Position numbers and translations under genes: made by a program | In this document: positions 18,231 to 27,052 of the stretch, piece by piece | Position numbering within the stretch: the stretch's first letter is position 1 | How the letters are laid out: each line of letters opens with the position of its first letter | Notes under the pieces: model-generated | What the model was told of the DNA's origin: nothing | What the model saw: the letters and a program-made list of their open reading frames with translations, nothing else | Database searches by the model: none | Virus record (IMG/VR): IMGVR_UViG_2791355405_000002 | Location: 28,744 to 92,743 of that record | DNA from: a virus | Taxonomy: Duplodnaviria > Caudoviricetes | Direction: 5' to 3' (one strand) | Length of the DNA: 64,000 nt

Positions 18231-18695
18231 ATGACCGAGCTCAAGACTTCCACCGGCCCCGAGGACCACGCCCTGAGCGCCCTCAACGCGATCACCCGCG
18301 ACGACCCCGAGGCGGCCCGGGAGCACATCCGCGCCCTGTCCTTCCGGGACCGCGCCCTGATCACCGCGTGGGCCGGGGAGTTGTCCAGGCTTGTCCAGGA
18401 CGAACAGGACAACTACGAGATCTCCGAGCGACGGGCCGCTCGCGATCGACACGCGGCTGAAGATCGCGCGGCTACGAGCCGCAAAGTTCTGCGCACACGC
18501 ATCAGCCTCATGTTCGAGGAGTCCGGCGCTGACGCTCCCGCCGTGCGCGTGACCGACTTCGCCGACCTCCGGCAGAGCCGGCCCTGGATCGTCGGCGAAC
18601 TGAAGCAGCTCACCGACGAGGGCGTGCTGGAGCCGGTCCCCGACTACCCGGGGCGGTACGTCGTCCTCAAGGCGCCTGACGGGGACAGCGTCTGA
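18231..18695 (+). CDS. Protein with C-terminal TraB-type winged helix
   Basis: VTDFADLRQSRPWIVGELKQLTDEGVL. Confidence 0.75.
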   Translation: MTELKTSTGPEDHALSALNAITRDDPEAAREHIRALSFRDRALITAWAGELSRLVQDEQDNYEISERRAARDRHAAEDRAATSRKVLRTRISLMFEESGADAPAVRVTDFADLRQSRPWIVGELKQLTDEGVLEPVPDYPGRYVVLKAPDGDSV

Positions 18696-18900
18696 CGGGA
18701 CAGTGGGACAGGGACAAGAGACGCCGAGGGGCTCCGGGACACCGGGGCCCCTTCGTCGTGTCCCGGGACAACCGGCCGTCGGGACAGAGCGAGCGTGTCC
18801 CCGGAGGGACACGGGACAAGGGGACAGATCGGCCCGTGTCCCGCCGGGGACATGTCCCGGGACAAATGTTTGCCGGGGCACGGGACAAGGGGACAGATCA
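18680..18900. repeat. GGGACA/TGTCCC hexamer array
   Basis: More than a dozen copies in about 220 bp, in both orientations. Confidence 0.85.
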
Positions 18901-18967
18901 GGTGTACGATGATTTAAGAAAATCAGCACCGACCAAGGAATCGTGACCAAGGAAGAGAGGACAGACG

Positions 18968-20206
18968 ATGTCCCGCATGTCCCGTCAGACGGCCGCCACC
19001 GTCGGGCTCCTTGTCCCGGCCGCACTGGCCCTGACCATGTCCGCCGACACCTCGTACCGCTTCATGGAGACGGCGCTTCAGATCACCGACGAGAACGAGC
19101 GGATGGCCCTGTGCGGCGTCGCCGAGGCGGCCATCATCGCCCTCACGGTCTACTCCTGGGCTACCCGGACCAAGGGCCCTGCGTACCTCGCCTACGCCGC
19201 CGTCCTCGTGCAGGCCCTCCCTGCCTTCACGGTCTCCGGCAGCGTCGGCGGCCCGGTGCGTGTCGTCCTCGGCCCCGTGCTCCTGGCCGTCCTCCTGCAC
19301 CTGCTCCTGGGCCTTGAGCTGCGGATGTCCGGCGAGAAGTCGACCGGCATCCTGGCCTCCGCCCTGCGTGAGATGCGGGAACGTCTCGTCGCATTCCTCG
19401 GCATCGGCCGGCGCGGCGCCGACAGCGCGGCTATCGCCCGCAGCCGGGCCGCTGACCGTGCCGTAGACCTCGCGGACCGCCTGGAGGGCGCTGAGCCTGG
19501 CAAGCGCAGGCACACCCGCCTGACGGCCAAGCTGGCCGCCCAGATCGATGCGGCCCGCCACGGGCTGGACGCGGACGAGGCCGCAGCCGCCGAAGCAGCG
19601 ATCGTCGCGCGGGTGGTCCGGCGCAAGTCGGTCAAGTCCCTCGCCAACATCAAGTCGCGGCACGACTGGACGTTGTCCCTTGTCCCGGCTGAGGGCGGAG
19701 CCCGGGACAAGGGACACAGCGATGTCCCCGGGGACATGTCCCCAGCGCCGGTTGTCCCGGTGTCCCCTGTCCCCCAGGACGGTGTCCCAGCCGCCGTGTC
19801 CCCCGCGCCGGTTGTCCCCGCGCGTGTCCCGGCGGTCGTGTCCCGTCCTCGCTCGGCTGTCCCCGCCGTGTCCCCCTCGCGTCCCTCGGTCCACGTGTCC
19901 CTGGACAAGGTCTCCGAGTCTGTCCCGGCCGACCGGGACATGTCCCGGGACAGCGCGCGCTACGAGGTGAAGTCGTTCGGGGACATCACGGCCGAAGCGC
20001 GCGGCGAGTCCCCGGACACGGGACAGGCCGTGGTCGATGTCCCCGAGGACCGGCTGGGCAGCGTGGCCTCCGTCGTCCGGTTCCTGACCGAGACGGGACA
20101 CAGCCGGGACGAGATCCGGAGGATTGTCCCGACCCTGCCTCTGGAGAAGCCTGCGGGTGAGGAGGCCTTGAAGAAGGCGATCCAGCGGTGCGGGCCCAAG
20201 GCGTAG
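18968..20206 (+). CDS. SpdB-like membrane spread protein
   Basis: Four N-terminal hydrophobic helices, coiled coil, Pro/Val-rich tail; lies upstream of tra genes. Confidence 0.65.
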   Translation: MSRMSRQTAATVGLLVPAALALTMSADTSYRFMETALQITDENERMALCGVAEAAIIALTVYSWATRTKGPAYLAYAAVLVQALPAFTVSGSVGGPVRVVLGPVLLAVLLHLLLGLELRMSGEKSTGILASALREMRERLVAFLGIGRRGADSAAIARSRAADRAVDLADRLEGAEPGKRRHTRLTAKLAAQIDAARHGLDADEAAAAEAAIVARVVRRKSVKSLANIKSRHDWTLSLVPAEGGARDKGHSDVPGDMSPAPVVPVSPVPQDGVPAAVSPAPVVPARVPAVVSRPRSAVPAVSPSRPSVHVSLDKVSESVPADRDMSRDSARYEVKSFGDITAEARGESPDTGQAVVDVPEDRLGSVASVVRFLTETGHSRDEIRRIVPTLPLEKPAGEEALKKAIQRCGPKA

Positions 20207-20324
20207 AACGGCCTTGCGGTCGGCAGCCGACCGCGAGACGCTTGATTTAGGTAAAGCCCTACCGGGGACAACCTCGGTAGGGCTTTCGCCCATCAGGAAC
20301 CAGGAATCAGGAAGAGAGGCGGCC

Positions 20325-20891
20325 ATGAGCCGTATCGGAGAGAACCACCCGGACAACCCGTTCAGCGCGGCCGGCCGCGCCAACGGACAGACCAACGACC
20401 AGCTCCGCAACCGGGGACTGGACGGCCAGGGCAACCCCCTGCCGAACAAGAACTTCGCAGGTCAGAAGTCGTTCCGGTCGGGCGGTTCGAGGAACCAGGG
20501 CATCGCCCAGCTCGCCCAATCCATCGGCGACATGGACCTGGCCAACCAGGAAGACCTCCACGCCTTCTGTGACGCGATCAGGAAGATCCTGAACTATTTC
20601 GCGATCTCCGTGGAATTGGCAAAGGGCCAGCTCAAGGCAGCTTCCCGGCAGATGGCGAAGGAGTCTGTTGACGGGCGGCTGACGATGACGCAGCGCGCCG
20701 AACTGGCCAGGGCGCTGTCCATGATGAGCCGCGACCTGGACGCGGTCTCGCGCGCGTGCATCGCCGGAGCGGTCGGCGCGGTCAAGGCCTGGCGCAGGTT
20801 CGACTCGTTCCTGGGCGACCTGGACAAGGGCAACGACTCCAAGTTCACCCGCCCCGGGGGCCGTGGTCGCGGCCCCTTCACCGTGGTGTAG
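20325..20891 (+). CDS. TraA-like transfer protein
   Basis: Helical protein with Gly/Asn-rich N-terminus directly upstream of traB. Confidence 0.55.
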   Translation: MSRIGENHPDNPFSAAGRANGQTNDQLRNRGLDGQGNPLPNKNFAGQKSFRSGGSRNQGIAQLAQSIGDMDLANQEDLHAFCDAIRKILNYFAISVELAKGQLKAASRQMAKESVDGRLTMTQRAELARALSMMSRDLDAVSRACIAGAVGAVKAWRRFDSFLGDLDKGNDSKFTRPGGRGRGPFTVV

Positions 20892-20896
20892 GGGCG

Positions 20897-22894
20897 GTGG
20901 ACAACGTGTCGAACAGTCACCGCGTGCGCGGATACGCCCTGTTCAGGGTGCCTGAGCGCATCGTCTCGTACGTCCTGCCGTGGGCCATCGTCGTGGCCGT
21001 GTGGCCGCTGACCCTGGTACTCCACCTCGCCATCGGCGACAGCCCGTTGTGGGTGGGCCTGCTCGCCGTCGGGTTCACCTACCTCGCGCATCAGACATGG
21101 AAGATCTGGACGGTGCGCCGCCAGGAGACCCGGAACATGGCGACGGTCTTCGTCGTTGCCGTCCTGACCTGGGCACTCTTCGCCGTGGCGATCCGTCCCT
21201 GGCAAGCCGACATCGTCAAGGCGTGGGCCATCGGCGGCCTCGTCATGTCGGTCGCCTGGTGCATCCGGCACGCGGCCCTGTCGGGCATCCGGGACACCGA
21301 CAAGTCCCCGGAGACCAGCGGAAACGACGGCCTGCTGAGCAAGATCCGGGCGTTCAAGGACGCCAAGGTTGGCAAGGTGACGGAGACCGCCGACGAGCTG
21401 CGCGTCCCGGTCCACCTGGACGCGCCGACCACGGCGAAGGAGGCGCAGGACGCCCGTGAGCAGATCGCGGCCGTCGCCGGTGTGGGCGCTGACCAGGTGA
21501 AAGTCCTCAAGGTCAAAGGCGACGAGAGCAAGGTCAACGTGGCGTTCACCCGGGACACCAGCGACGCCAAGCCGGTCATCTGGAAGGGCCCGAGGCACCT
21601 CGGCAAGTCCATCGCGGACGCGCCGATCTGGCTCGGCGGACGCACCGACGGCTCCGACATCAACTGGTGGATCGTCGGCTCTGAGGACGACGAAAACCCC
21701 AGGCCACTGGCTCACACGAAGTGCACAGGCATGACCGGCGCGGGCAAGACGGAGACCATCTGCACCGCCATCCTCCAGATGCGCGAGCGCACCGACGTCG
21801 TCCCGGTCGTGGGCGACCCTGCCAAGTTCCAGCAGTCGTTCGGCGACATCGAGGAGGTGCTGGGCCTGGCCGCGAAGACCCGGGAGGACACCGAGCAACT
21901 GGTGCGCAACCTCATCCCGCTCATCGAGTACCGAGCCGGCTTGTTCGGCACGCTGACCAGGGCAGACGGCGGCAAGGGCTACAAGCAGTGGGTGCCTGAG
22001 ATGTACACGCTGCACGGCATCCCGGCCATCTTCCTGGACATCGAGGAGGCCGCCGACGTGCTGATGGTCGTGGACGAGGAGGCCGACGAGGCTCTGCGCA
22101 AGCTGCGCTCCATCGGCGTGCACTTCTGCGCGTCGATGCAGACCATGCCGCACGACAACATCCCCCGGAAAACCCGAGGTCAGTTCGCCCAGAGCCTGGC
22201 CCACGGGCAGAAGGAGTTCCAGGACGCAAAGTACAGCCTGGAGGCCGAGACGCTGGAGGCAGGGGCCGACCCGACCAAGTGGGCCAACAACGCGCCCGGC
22301 AGCCTGTATGCCGAGGTCACGGGCACGGACAAGGCTCATTGGCCTGTCGACGGCCGGGCGCCGCGCGTGAAGGCGGCCGACCGTGAGGAGATGATCCGGG
22401 TCACCCGTCCGTACTGGGCGGAACTGGACGAGGGCAGCTACCGCATCCTCTCCCGGGGTATCGCGGACGAGCACGACGGGGCCGCGCCGGCGGCCGTGGA
22501 CCAGCCCTTGGAGGGCACCGTGGACGACGACTTCGCCGAGGTCAGCGGCCTGGATCTGACCAGCGACGGAATCGACACGAGCGAGCCGCTGGCCGCGCCG
22601 AGCGGCCCGGAGGTCACGTTCGCCGCGCCGCTGAACACGAGCCGGATGACCGACGAGGACGCTCGCGCGGAGCTGCTGAACCGCATCGGGATCCTGGCCG
22701 CCGGACCGAGGACCGAGGTCACGTTCGAGGCTCTGGAGGACATCCCGGAGCTGGTCGGCAGGCCCCGTGGATGGGTGTACGGCGAGCTGGAGCAGCTCGC
22801 TGATGACGGCGTGCTGCGCCGGCTCAACCCGCCCACCGAGAAGGCCGTCTACGAGATCACCGGCAGCCTGTACGCGGAGGCCGCCGCCGGGTGA
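20897..22894 (+). CDS. traB: TraB-type FtsK/SpoIIIE conjugative DNA translocase
   Basis: N-terminal transmembrane helices, GMTGAGKT Walker A, FLDIEE Walker B, C-terminal winged helix. Confidence 0.82.
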   Translation: MDNVSNSHRVRGYALFRVPERIVSYVLPWAIVVAVWPLTLVLHLAIGDSPLWVGLLAVGFTYLAHQTWKIWTVRRQETRNMATVFVVAVLTWALFAVAIRPWQADIVKAWAIGGLVMSVAWCIRHAALSGIRDTDKSPETSGNDGLLSKIRAFKDAKVGKVTETADELRVPVHLDAPTTAKEAQDAREQIAAVAGVGADQVKVLKVKGDESKVNVAFTRDTSDAKPVIWKGPRHLGKSIADAPIWLGGRTDGSDINWWIVGSEDDENPRPLAHTKCTGMTGAGKTETICTAILQMRERTDVVPVVGDPAKFQQSFGDIEEVLGLAAKTREDTEQLVRNLIPLIEYRAGLFGTLTRADGGKGYKQWVPEMYTLHGIPAIFLDIEEAADVLMVVDEEADEALRKLRSIGVHFCASMQTMPHDNIPRKTRGQFAQSLAHGQKEFQDAKYSLEAETLEAGADPTKWANNAPGSLYAEVTGTDKAHWPVDGRAPRVKAADREEMIRVTRPYWAELDEGSYRILSRGIADEHDGAAPAAVDQPLEGTVDDDFAEVSGLDLTSDGIDTSEPLAAPSGPEVTFAAPLNTSRMTDEDARAELLNRIGILAAGPRTEVTFEALEDIPELVGRPRGWVYGELEQLADDGVLRRLNPPTEKAVYEITGSLYAEAAAG

Positions 22895-22909
22895 GACCCA
22901 CGGTTCGCA

Positions 22910-23060
22910 CCCCCTCAGGGCGGGCATCCCCAGTGTCAGGGGTGCCCGCCCTGACACGTCTCTGACGGGCCGTGGTGGCACCGCTGACGCGTCAGCAGAC
23001 GCCGCCTGACTGTCCGTGACTCCAGCGATTACACGGGTCTGACAGGGGCCCTGACAGCCT
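22910..23060. repeat. CTGAC/GTCAG array, candidate clt (cis-acting locus of transfer)
   Basis: About eight copies including the palindrome GCTGACGCGTCAGC, immediately downstream of traB. Confidence 0.6.
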
Positions 23061-23142
23061 CGGCAGCGCTGCGACCTAAGACTCTTCCCCGCCCGGCCCG
23101 GCCGGAGCGGACAACCACCGATGACGCAAGGACTGATGACAC

Positions 23143-23535
23143 ATGACCAAGGAACTCAACTGCACCGGATGCGGCCTCCAGGCGGTCCACACCCAGACGG
23201 TCCCGCTGTGCCCCCGGTGCGCCCTGGCCGTCGCCGAGGAAGCGTTGGGCGTCGTGTTCGCCGGGCTGCGCAGCGACGACGGGGTGATCAAGTTGCCCGC
23301 TGCGCCGGAGGACCGTATGAGCCCTGCGGAGGCGGACGACGTGACATACCAGCGGCTGTCCGCGCTGCGCCGGAAGGGCGTGAAGCGGGTGACCTACGAG
23401 GACTTCAAGGACTTGCGGGAGATCACAGGCCGGTCCCGGCCGTGGGTCTACCGCTGGCTGGACAGCCGGGTGAAGGACGGCGATCTGATCAAGGACACGT
23501 CGCAGGACCGGGTGGGCTACACCTTCGCGTACTGA
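23143..23535 (+). CDS. Zinc ribbon + TraB-type winged-helix protein
   Basis: CTGC..CPRC, then VTYEDFKDLREITGRSRPWVYRWL. Confidence 0.75.
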   Translation: MTKELNCTGCGLQAVHTQTVPLCPRCALAVAEEALGVVFAGLRSDDGVIKLPAAPEDRMSPAEADDVTYQRLSALRRKGVKRVTYEDFKDLREITGRSRPWVYRWLDSRVKDGDLIKDTSQDRVGYTFAY

Positions 23536-23540
23536 TCGCC

Positions 23541-23581
23541 GGGGTTGTGCGGACCGCCGGACCTGTGGTTTAATTAATTCA
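23541..23581 (+). promoter_or_regulatory. Conserved promoter/operator cassette
   Basis: GGGGTTGT..TGTGGTTTAATTAATTCA. Confidence 0.75.
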
Positions 23582-23604
23582 TCGGGACCGACCGGGAGGC
23601 ATAC

Positions 23605-23841
23605 ATGAACCGCGATGACATCGTCTACTCCGTACCCAGCTACGAGAACGAGGCGGACCGCTACGCAATGGACGAGTCCCCGCTGCGTCTGGGCGAACTC
23701 GGCGCCGGCCTCGGCCTGGGCGAGCCGGTTGCGACGCCCAAGGCTCGCGACCTGACCAACCCTCGGTTCCCGAACGGCTGCCTCACCGCACAGACCGAAG
23801 GCACCCGGTGCGGCTACGGTCACGACTGCCGCCCCGCCTGA
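23605..23841 (+). CDS. Hypothetical protein
   Basis: GGGAGG RBS; lies between promoter and terminator. Confidence 0.65.
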   Translation: MNRDDIVYSVPSYENEADRYAMDESPLRLGELGAGLGLGEPVATPKARDLTNPRFPNGCLTAQTEGTRCGYGHDCRPA

Positions 23842-23983
23842 TCAACTGAGACGCCCCGCCGACAGCCCCGGAGCCGCAACGGCCCGGGGCTTCGTCGTTC
23901 CCGCAGGTGGTTGGCGGGGCCGCCGTCGTGGTACACCTAATTCAGGGTCGCAGCGGCGGCCAAGACCTAGGAATCAAGGAATC

Positions 23984-24409
23984 GTGACCATGGAGATAGA
24001 GCGGAGGCATGCGCCGGTCACCGGCGAGCTGCTGGAGTACCTGCGGGCGAATCCGATGACGGCGGAGCCGGTCGGCGAGGGCGGCAAGCAGGAAGTCCAC
24101 GTCCACGTGCATCACCACTACGAGGCCCCGCCGGCCGTCCCCGCCGGGCACATCATGCACCAGGGCCCGGAGAAGACGGTGGCGGAGAAGGTGATCCCGT
24201 GGCTCTACACCGCGCTGGTCGCCTGCATCGTCCTGACCCTCTGTGCGGTGGCCCTCGCCACGGTGATGATCGTCGCCGTGGTGGTGCTGGCGGCGCTGGT
24301 GCTGCTCGGCCTGGTGGTCGCGCACATCATCAACTCCCACGCCGGCGCCGCAGAGGCGAAGGCCAAGGCCGAGGCGATGCTGGACAAGGGCAAGCACAAG
24401 AGGCGGTGA
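23984..24409 (+). CDS. Small membrane protein (SpdD-like)
   Basis: Long hydrophobic stretch; leader motif upstream; near the tra module. Confidence 0.6.
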   Translation: MTMEIERRHAPVTGELLEYLRANPMTAEPVGEGGKQEVHVHVHHHYEAPPAVPAGHIMHQGPEKTVAEKVIPWLYTALVACIVLTLCAVALATVMIVAVVVLAALVLLGLVVAHIINSHAGAAEAKAKAEAMLDKGKHKRR

Positions 24410-24474
24410 GGCTCATGGCACCGCCGACCCGGAGAACCCCGGACCCGACGAGGGCCGGGGTTCTTTGCGTTGCG

Positions 24475-24514
24475 GGGGTTGTGCTCCGTCCCGAGTGATG
24501 GTTTAATTAAATCA
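24475..24514 (+). promoter_or_regulatory. Conserved promoter/operator cassette
   Basis: GGGGGTTGT..GATGGTTTAATTAAATCA. Confidence 0.75.
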
Positions 24515-24535
24515 GTCGGGGAGAACGAGCCCGGC

Positions 24536-24748
24536 GGACAACTCAACAGGGAGCGGCAACAACAAGGCGAGAACGACTCTGGTGGAGTCAAGAGGCGCAA
24601 AGCGTCGCAACGGCGAGCGGGTGAGAACCGGGCAGCCACGCGAACCCGTAGCCCATACGGTAGGGCAGGGTGTGGTTGGCGGGATGGATGCTCCAAACCA
24701 GGCTGAGGATATGAATCGCATGAGCACCGCCGCTCCCTGTTGAGGTCC
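24536..24748 (+). ncRNA. Candidate structured ncRNA with a 16-bp closing stem
   Basis: 24542-24557 is the exact reverse complement of 24729-24744; several internal hairpins; no convincing ORF. Confidence 0.65.
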
Positions 24749-24774
24749 ACAGACCACGACGGAGGGAGCCGGGG

Positions 24775-25152
24775 ATGAGCCACCAGCGGACGCACCGCTA
24801 CTGCGGCGGTAAGGGTGAAGTCCCCCGCACGTCGGGTATGCCCGGCTACTGCTTCGGCTGCGAAGGCACCGGCAAGATCACCGTTTACACCGCTGCGGAG
24901 AAGGCGGCCCGGCAGGCCAAGCGTGAACGGTGGGAGTCCGCCCGCGCCCTGGTCGAGAAGCACGCCCGCACGGTTCAGGCCCCGGAGGGTGTGCGGGCTC
25001 TGGTGTTCCGGCACGAAGTCGTCGCAGGGTTCGACACGCTCGGAGAGCGCGAGCCCCAGCGGATGGAAAAGCTGTACGCCTCGCTGGACGCGGGCCGGAT
25101 CGACGACGTCGTGTATGCCCTGTACGAGTACCGGCAGTCCACCGCTGCCTGA
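24775..25152 (+). CDS. Hypothetical protein with CxxCxGxG-type zinc motif
   Basis: YCGGKG..CFGCEGTG. Confidence 0.7.
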   Translation: MSHQRTHRYCGGKGEVPRTSGMPGYCFGCEGTGKITVYTAAEKAARQAKRERWESARALVEKHARTVQAPEGVRALVFRHEVVAGFDTLGEREPQRMEKLYASLDAGRIDDVVYALYEYRQSTAA

Positions 25153-25494
25153 CCCGCACCACCAACCAAGGAACGAGGAACCCTGTGAGCACCGACTACC
25201 CGAAGGATCCGCATCCTCGCCGTCGCCGGTGAACTGGCCTTACGGCTTCACCTGGACGGAGGCGAGGTGGCCGACCTCGCCGGGCTGCCGAACGGCACGC
25301 ACTCGGCCACCTGCGACTTCAACTGACCGACCACGAAACGAGGAACCCGCCATGGCCGTTATCGCCCTCATCGCCATCATGTCCCCGCTCATCGCCGCCA
25401 CACTGTGGCTCGTCTTCGCGCCCGTGACGAGCAGCACCGACGACTGACCGGACCGACCCTCCGCAGCACCGACCAAGGAACGAGGAGACACGTC

Positions 25495-25776
25495 ATGGGC
25501 TGGAACCCATTCGCCCCGAAGCACCCGGCGTCCGACACCCCAGACGCCACGAGCGCTCCGCGCCCCAGGCAGTCCCGGCGCAGATCCCGCAACTCAGCCC
25601 CGGCCTCGTCGGGCCTGACGACGGAACAACTGCGCGGCCTGGCCGTGCACGAGGGCGGCACCGCCGACATTCGCGGGAACACCGCCATCGTCCGCGTGGA
25701 CCGCTGGGACGAGGAGGCCCGCATCGCCACCCAGCGGTACGTGCGGCGATCCGACGGCACTTGGGTCGCCGGCTGA
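25495..25776 (+). CDS. Hypothetical protein
   Basis: Full leader motif upstream. Confidence 0.65.
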   Translation: MGWNPFAPKHPASDTPDATSAPRPRQSRRRSRNSAPASSGLTTEQLRGLAVHEGGTADIRGNTAIVRVDRWDEEARIATQRYVRRSDGTWVAG

Positions 25777-25808
25777 CCGCCGCACCCTGACCACGGAACG
25801 AGGAAGCG

Positions 25809-26012
25809 ATGACCACGAAGCACAACCACGCCCCGCGCTTCGGCCAGAAGTTCGACGGCTGTCCGCGCTGCGACGAGCTGAAGGCGGGAGCCGCGCCGGT
25901 CACCTGGGGCAAGTCCCGAAAGCAGCAGGACGCGGAGCGCGCGGCCGAGATCCGGGCGCACGACTGCAATGCGGCCGGTTGTTCCATCGTCTGCACCTTC
26001 GGGGACTGGTGA
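25809..26012 (+). CDS. Small Cys/His protein
   Basis: Leader motif; CPRC..HDC..C..C. Confidence 0.7.
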   Translation: MTTKHNHAPRFGQKFDGCPRCDELKAGAAPVTWGKSRKQQDAERAAEIRAHDCNAAGCSIVCTFGDW

Positions 26013-26014
26013 CC

Positions 26015-26410
26015 ATGACCGCAGCGAACCCCGCGCCCGTGCGGATCGTCTCCTTCGGCTACGGCCACGGCGACGCCCCGGCCGCCCACCTGACCCTGGA
26101 TCTGCGCCACCACTTCCGGGACCCGCACGTGCGCCCGGAGATGCGCGAGCTGACCGCTGTTCACCGCAAGGTGCGCCGCGCCGTCCTCGGCACCCCGGGC
26201 GTCAAGGCCCTGCTGACCGCCGCCGTGCGGATGGTCCAGGCGTACGACGCCGGGCCGTCTGCTCAGGGCACGGTCGTCGCGGTCGGCTGCGTCGGTGGCC
26301 GTCACCGCTCCGCAGTCGCGGCCGATGCCCTCGCGCGCCGACTGCGCCGGCGGGGCCATCGCGTGATCGTGGAGCACCGGGACCTGCACCGCCCCGTCAT
26401 CATCCGCTGA
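26015..26410 (+). CDS. Stand-alone RapZ C-terminal domain protein
   Basis: IVSFGYGHG, DLR..FRDPH, AVGCVGGRHRS. Confidence 0.82.
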   Translation: MTAANPAPVRIVSFGYGHGDAPAAHLTLDLRHHFRDPHVRPEMRELTAVHRKVRRAVLGTPGVKALLTAAVRMVQAYDAGPSAQGTVVAVGCVGGRHRSAVAADALARRLRRRGHRVIVEHRDLHRPVIIR

Positions 26411-26455
26411 CTCACCCAGGGCTTCGTCGACCAAGGAACGAGGAATCACAGGATC

Positions 26456-26932
26456 ATGACCGACGCCGCTGGCACGTTCGCTGCCGCCTTCGGCGCCCTG
26501 TTCGTCGCCCACTCCGTTGGGGACCACTGGGTGCAAACGTCTTGGCAGGCGGCCCGCAAGGGCGACCGTTCGCGCACCGGGCTCGTCGCCTGCGGGCGGC
26601 ACGTCCTCGGCCTGACCGCGACCAAGATCGTTCTGCTGCTCGTTGCCGTGGCCGTCCTCGGCCTGGACGTGAGTGTCACCGGCGTGGCAGTCGGCCTCGG
26701 CCTGGACGCGGCGACGCACTACTGGGCGGACCGCCGGCACACGCTCGCGGGCCTCTCCAAGGTCTGCCGCAAGACAGAGTTCCACGTCCTCGGCACCCCG
26801 GCGCACGAGCACCACCCGGTGGACGCCGGGGGCAAGTTCGCCCCGACGCTCGGCACGGGGGCCTACGCGCTGGACCAGTCGTTCCATCACCTCTGGTTGT
26901 TTGTCGCGGCGCTCATCATCGCCGCCGTCTGA
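26456..26932 (+). CDS. DUF3307-like membrane protein
   Basis: AHSVGDHWVQT, HYWAD, LDQSFH. Confidence 0.75.
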   Translation: MTDAAGTFAAAFGALFVAHSVGDHWVQTSWQAARKGDRSRTGLVACGRHVLGLTATKIVLLLVAVAVLGLDVSVTGVAVGLGLDAATHYWADRRHTLAGLSKVCRKTEFHVLGTPAHEHHPVDAGGKFAPTLGTGAYALDQSFHHLWLFVAALIIAAV

Positions 26933-27052
26933 CCGCAGGTCATCCAAGCCCCGGAGCCCCACGGTTCCGGGGCTTCGTCATGCTCCGGTCGGTGATTCAG
27001 CGAATCGGCGCTACCGTTCCGGCGCTCGACTGGATCACGGAACGGAGGCACC

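Noticed and set aside
20594-22981. Long antisense ORFs (also 2405..4345, 4481..6214, 8627..10276, 53777..55231, 57035..59107)
   Set aside because: They are shadows of real genes on the other strand, expected from GC-rich codon bias, and lack recognisable motifs.
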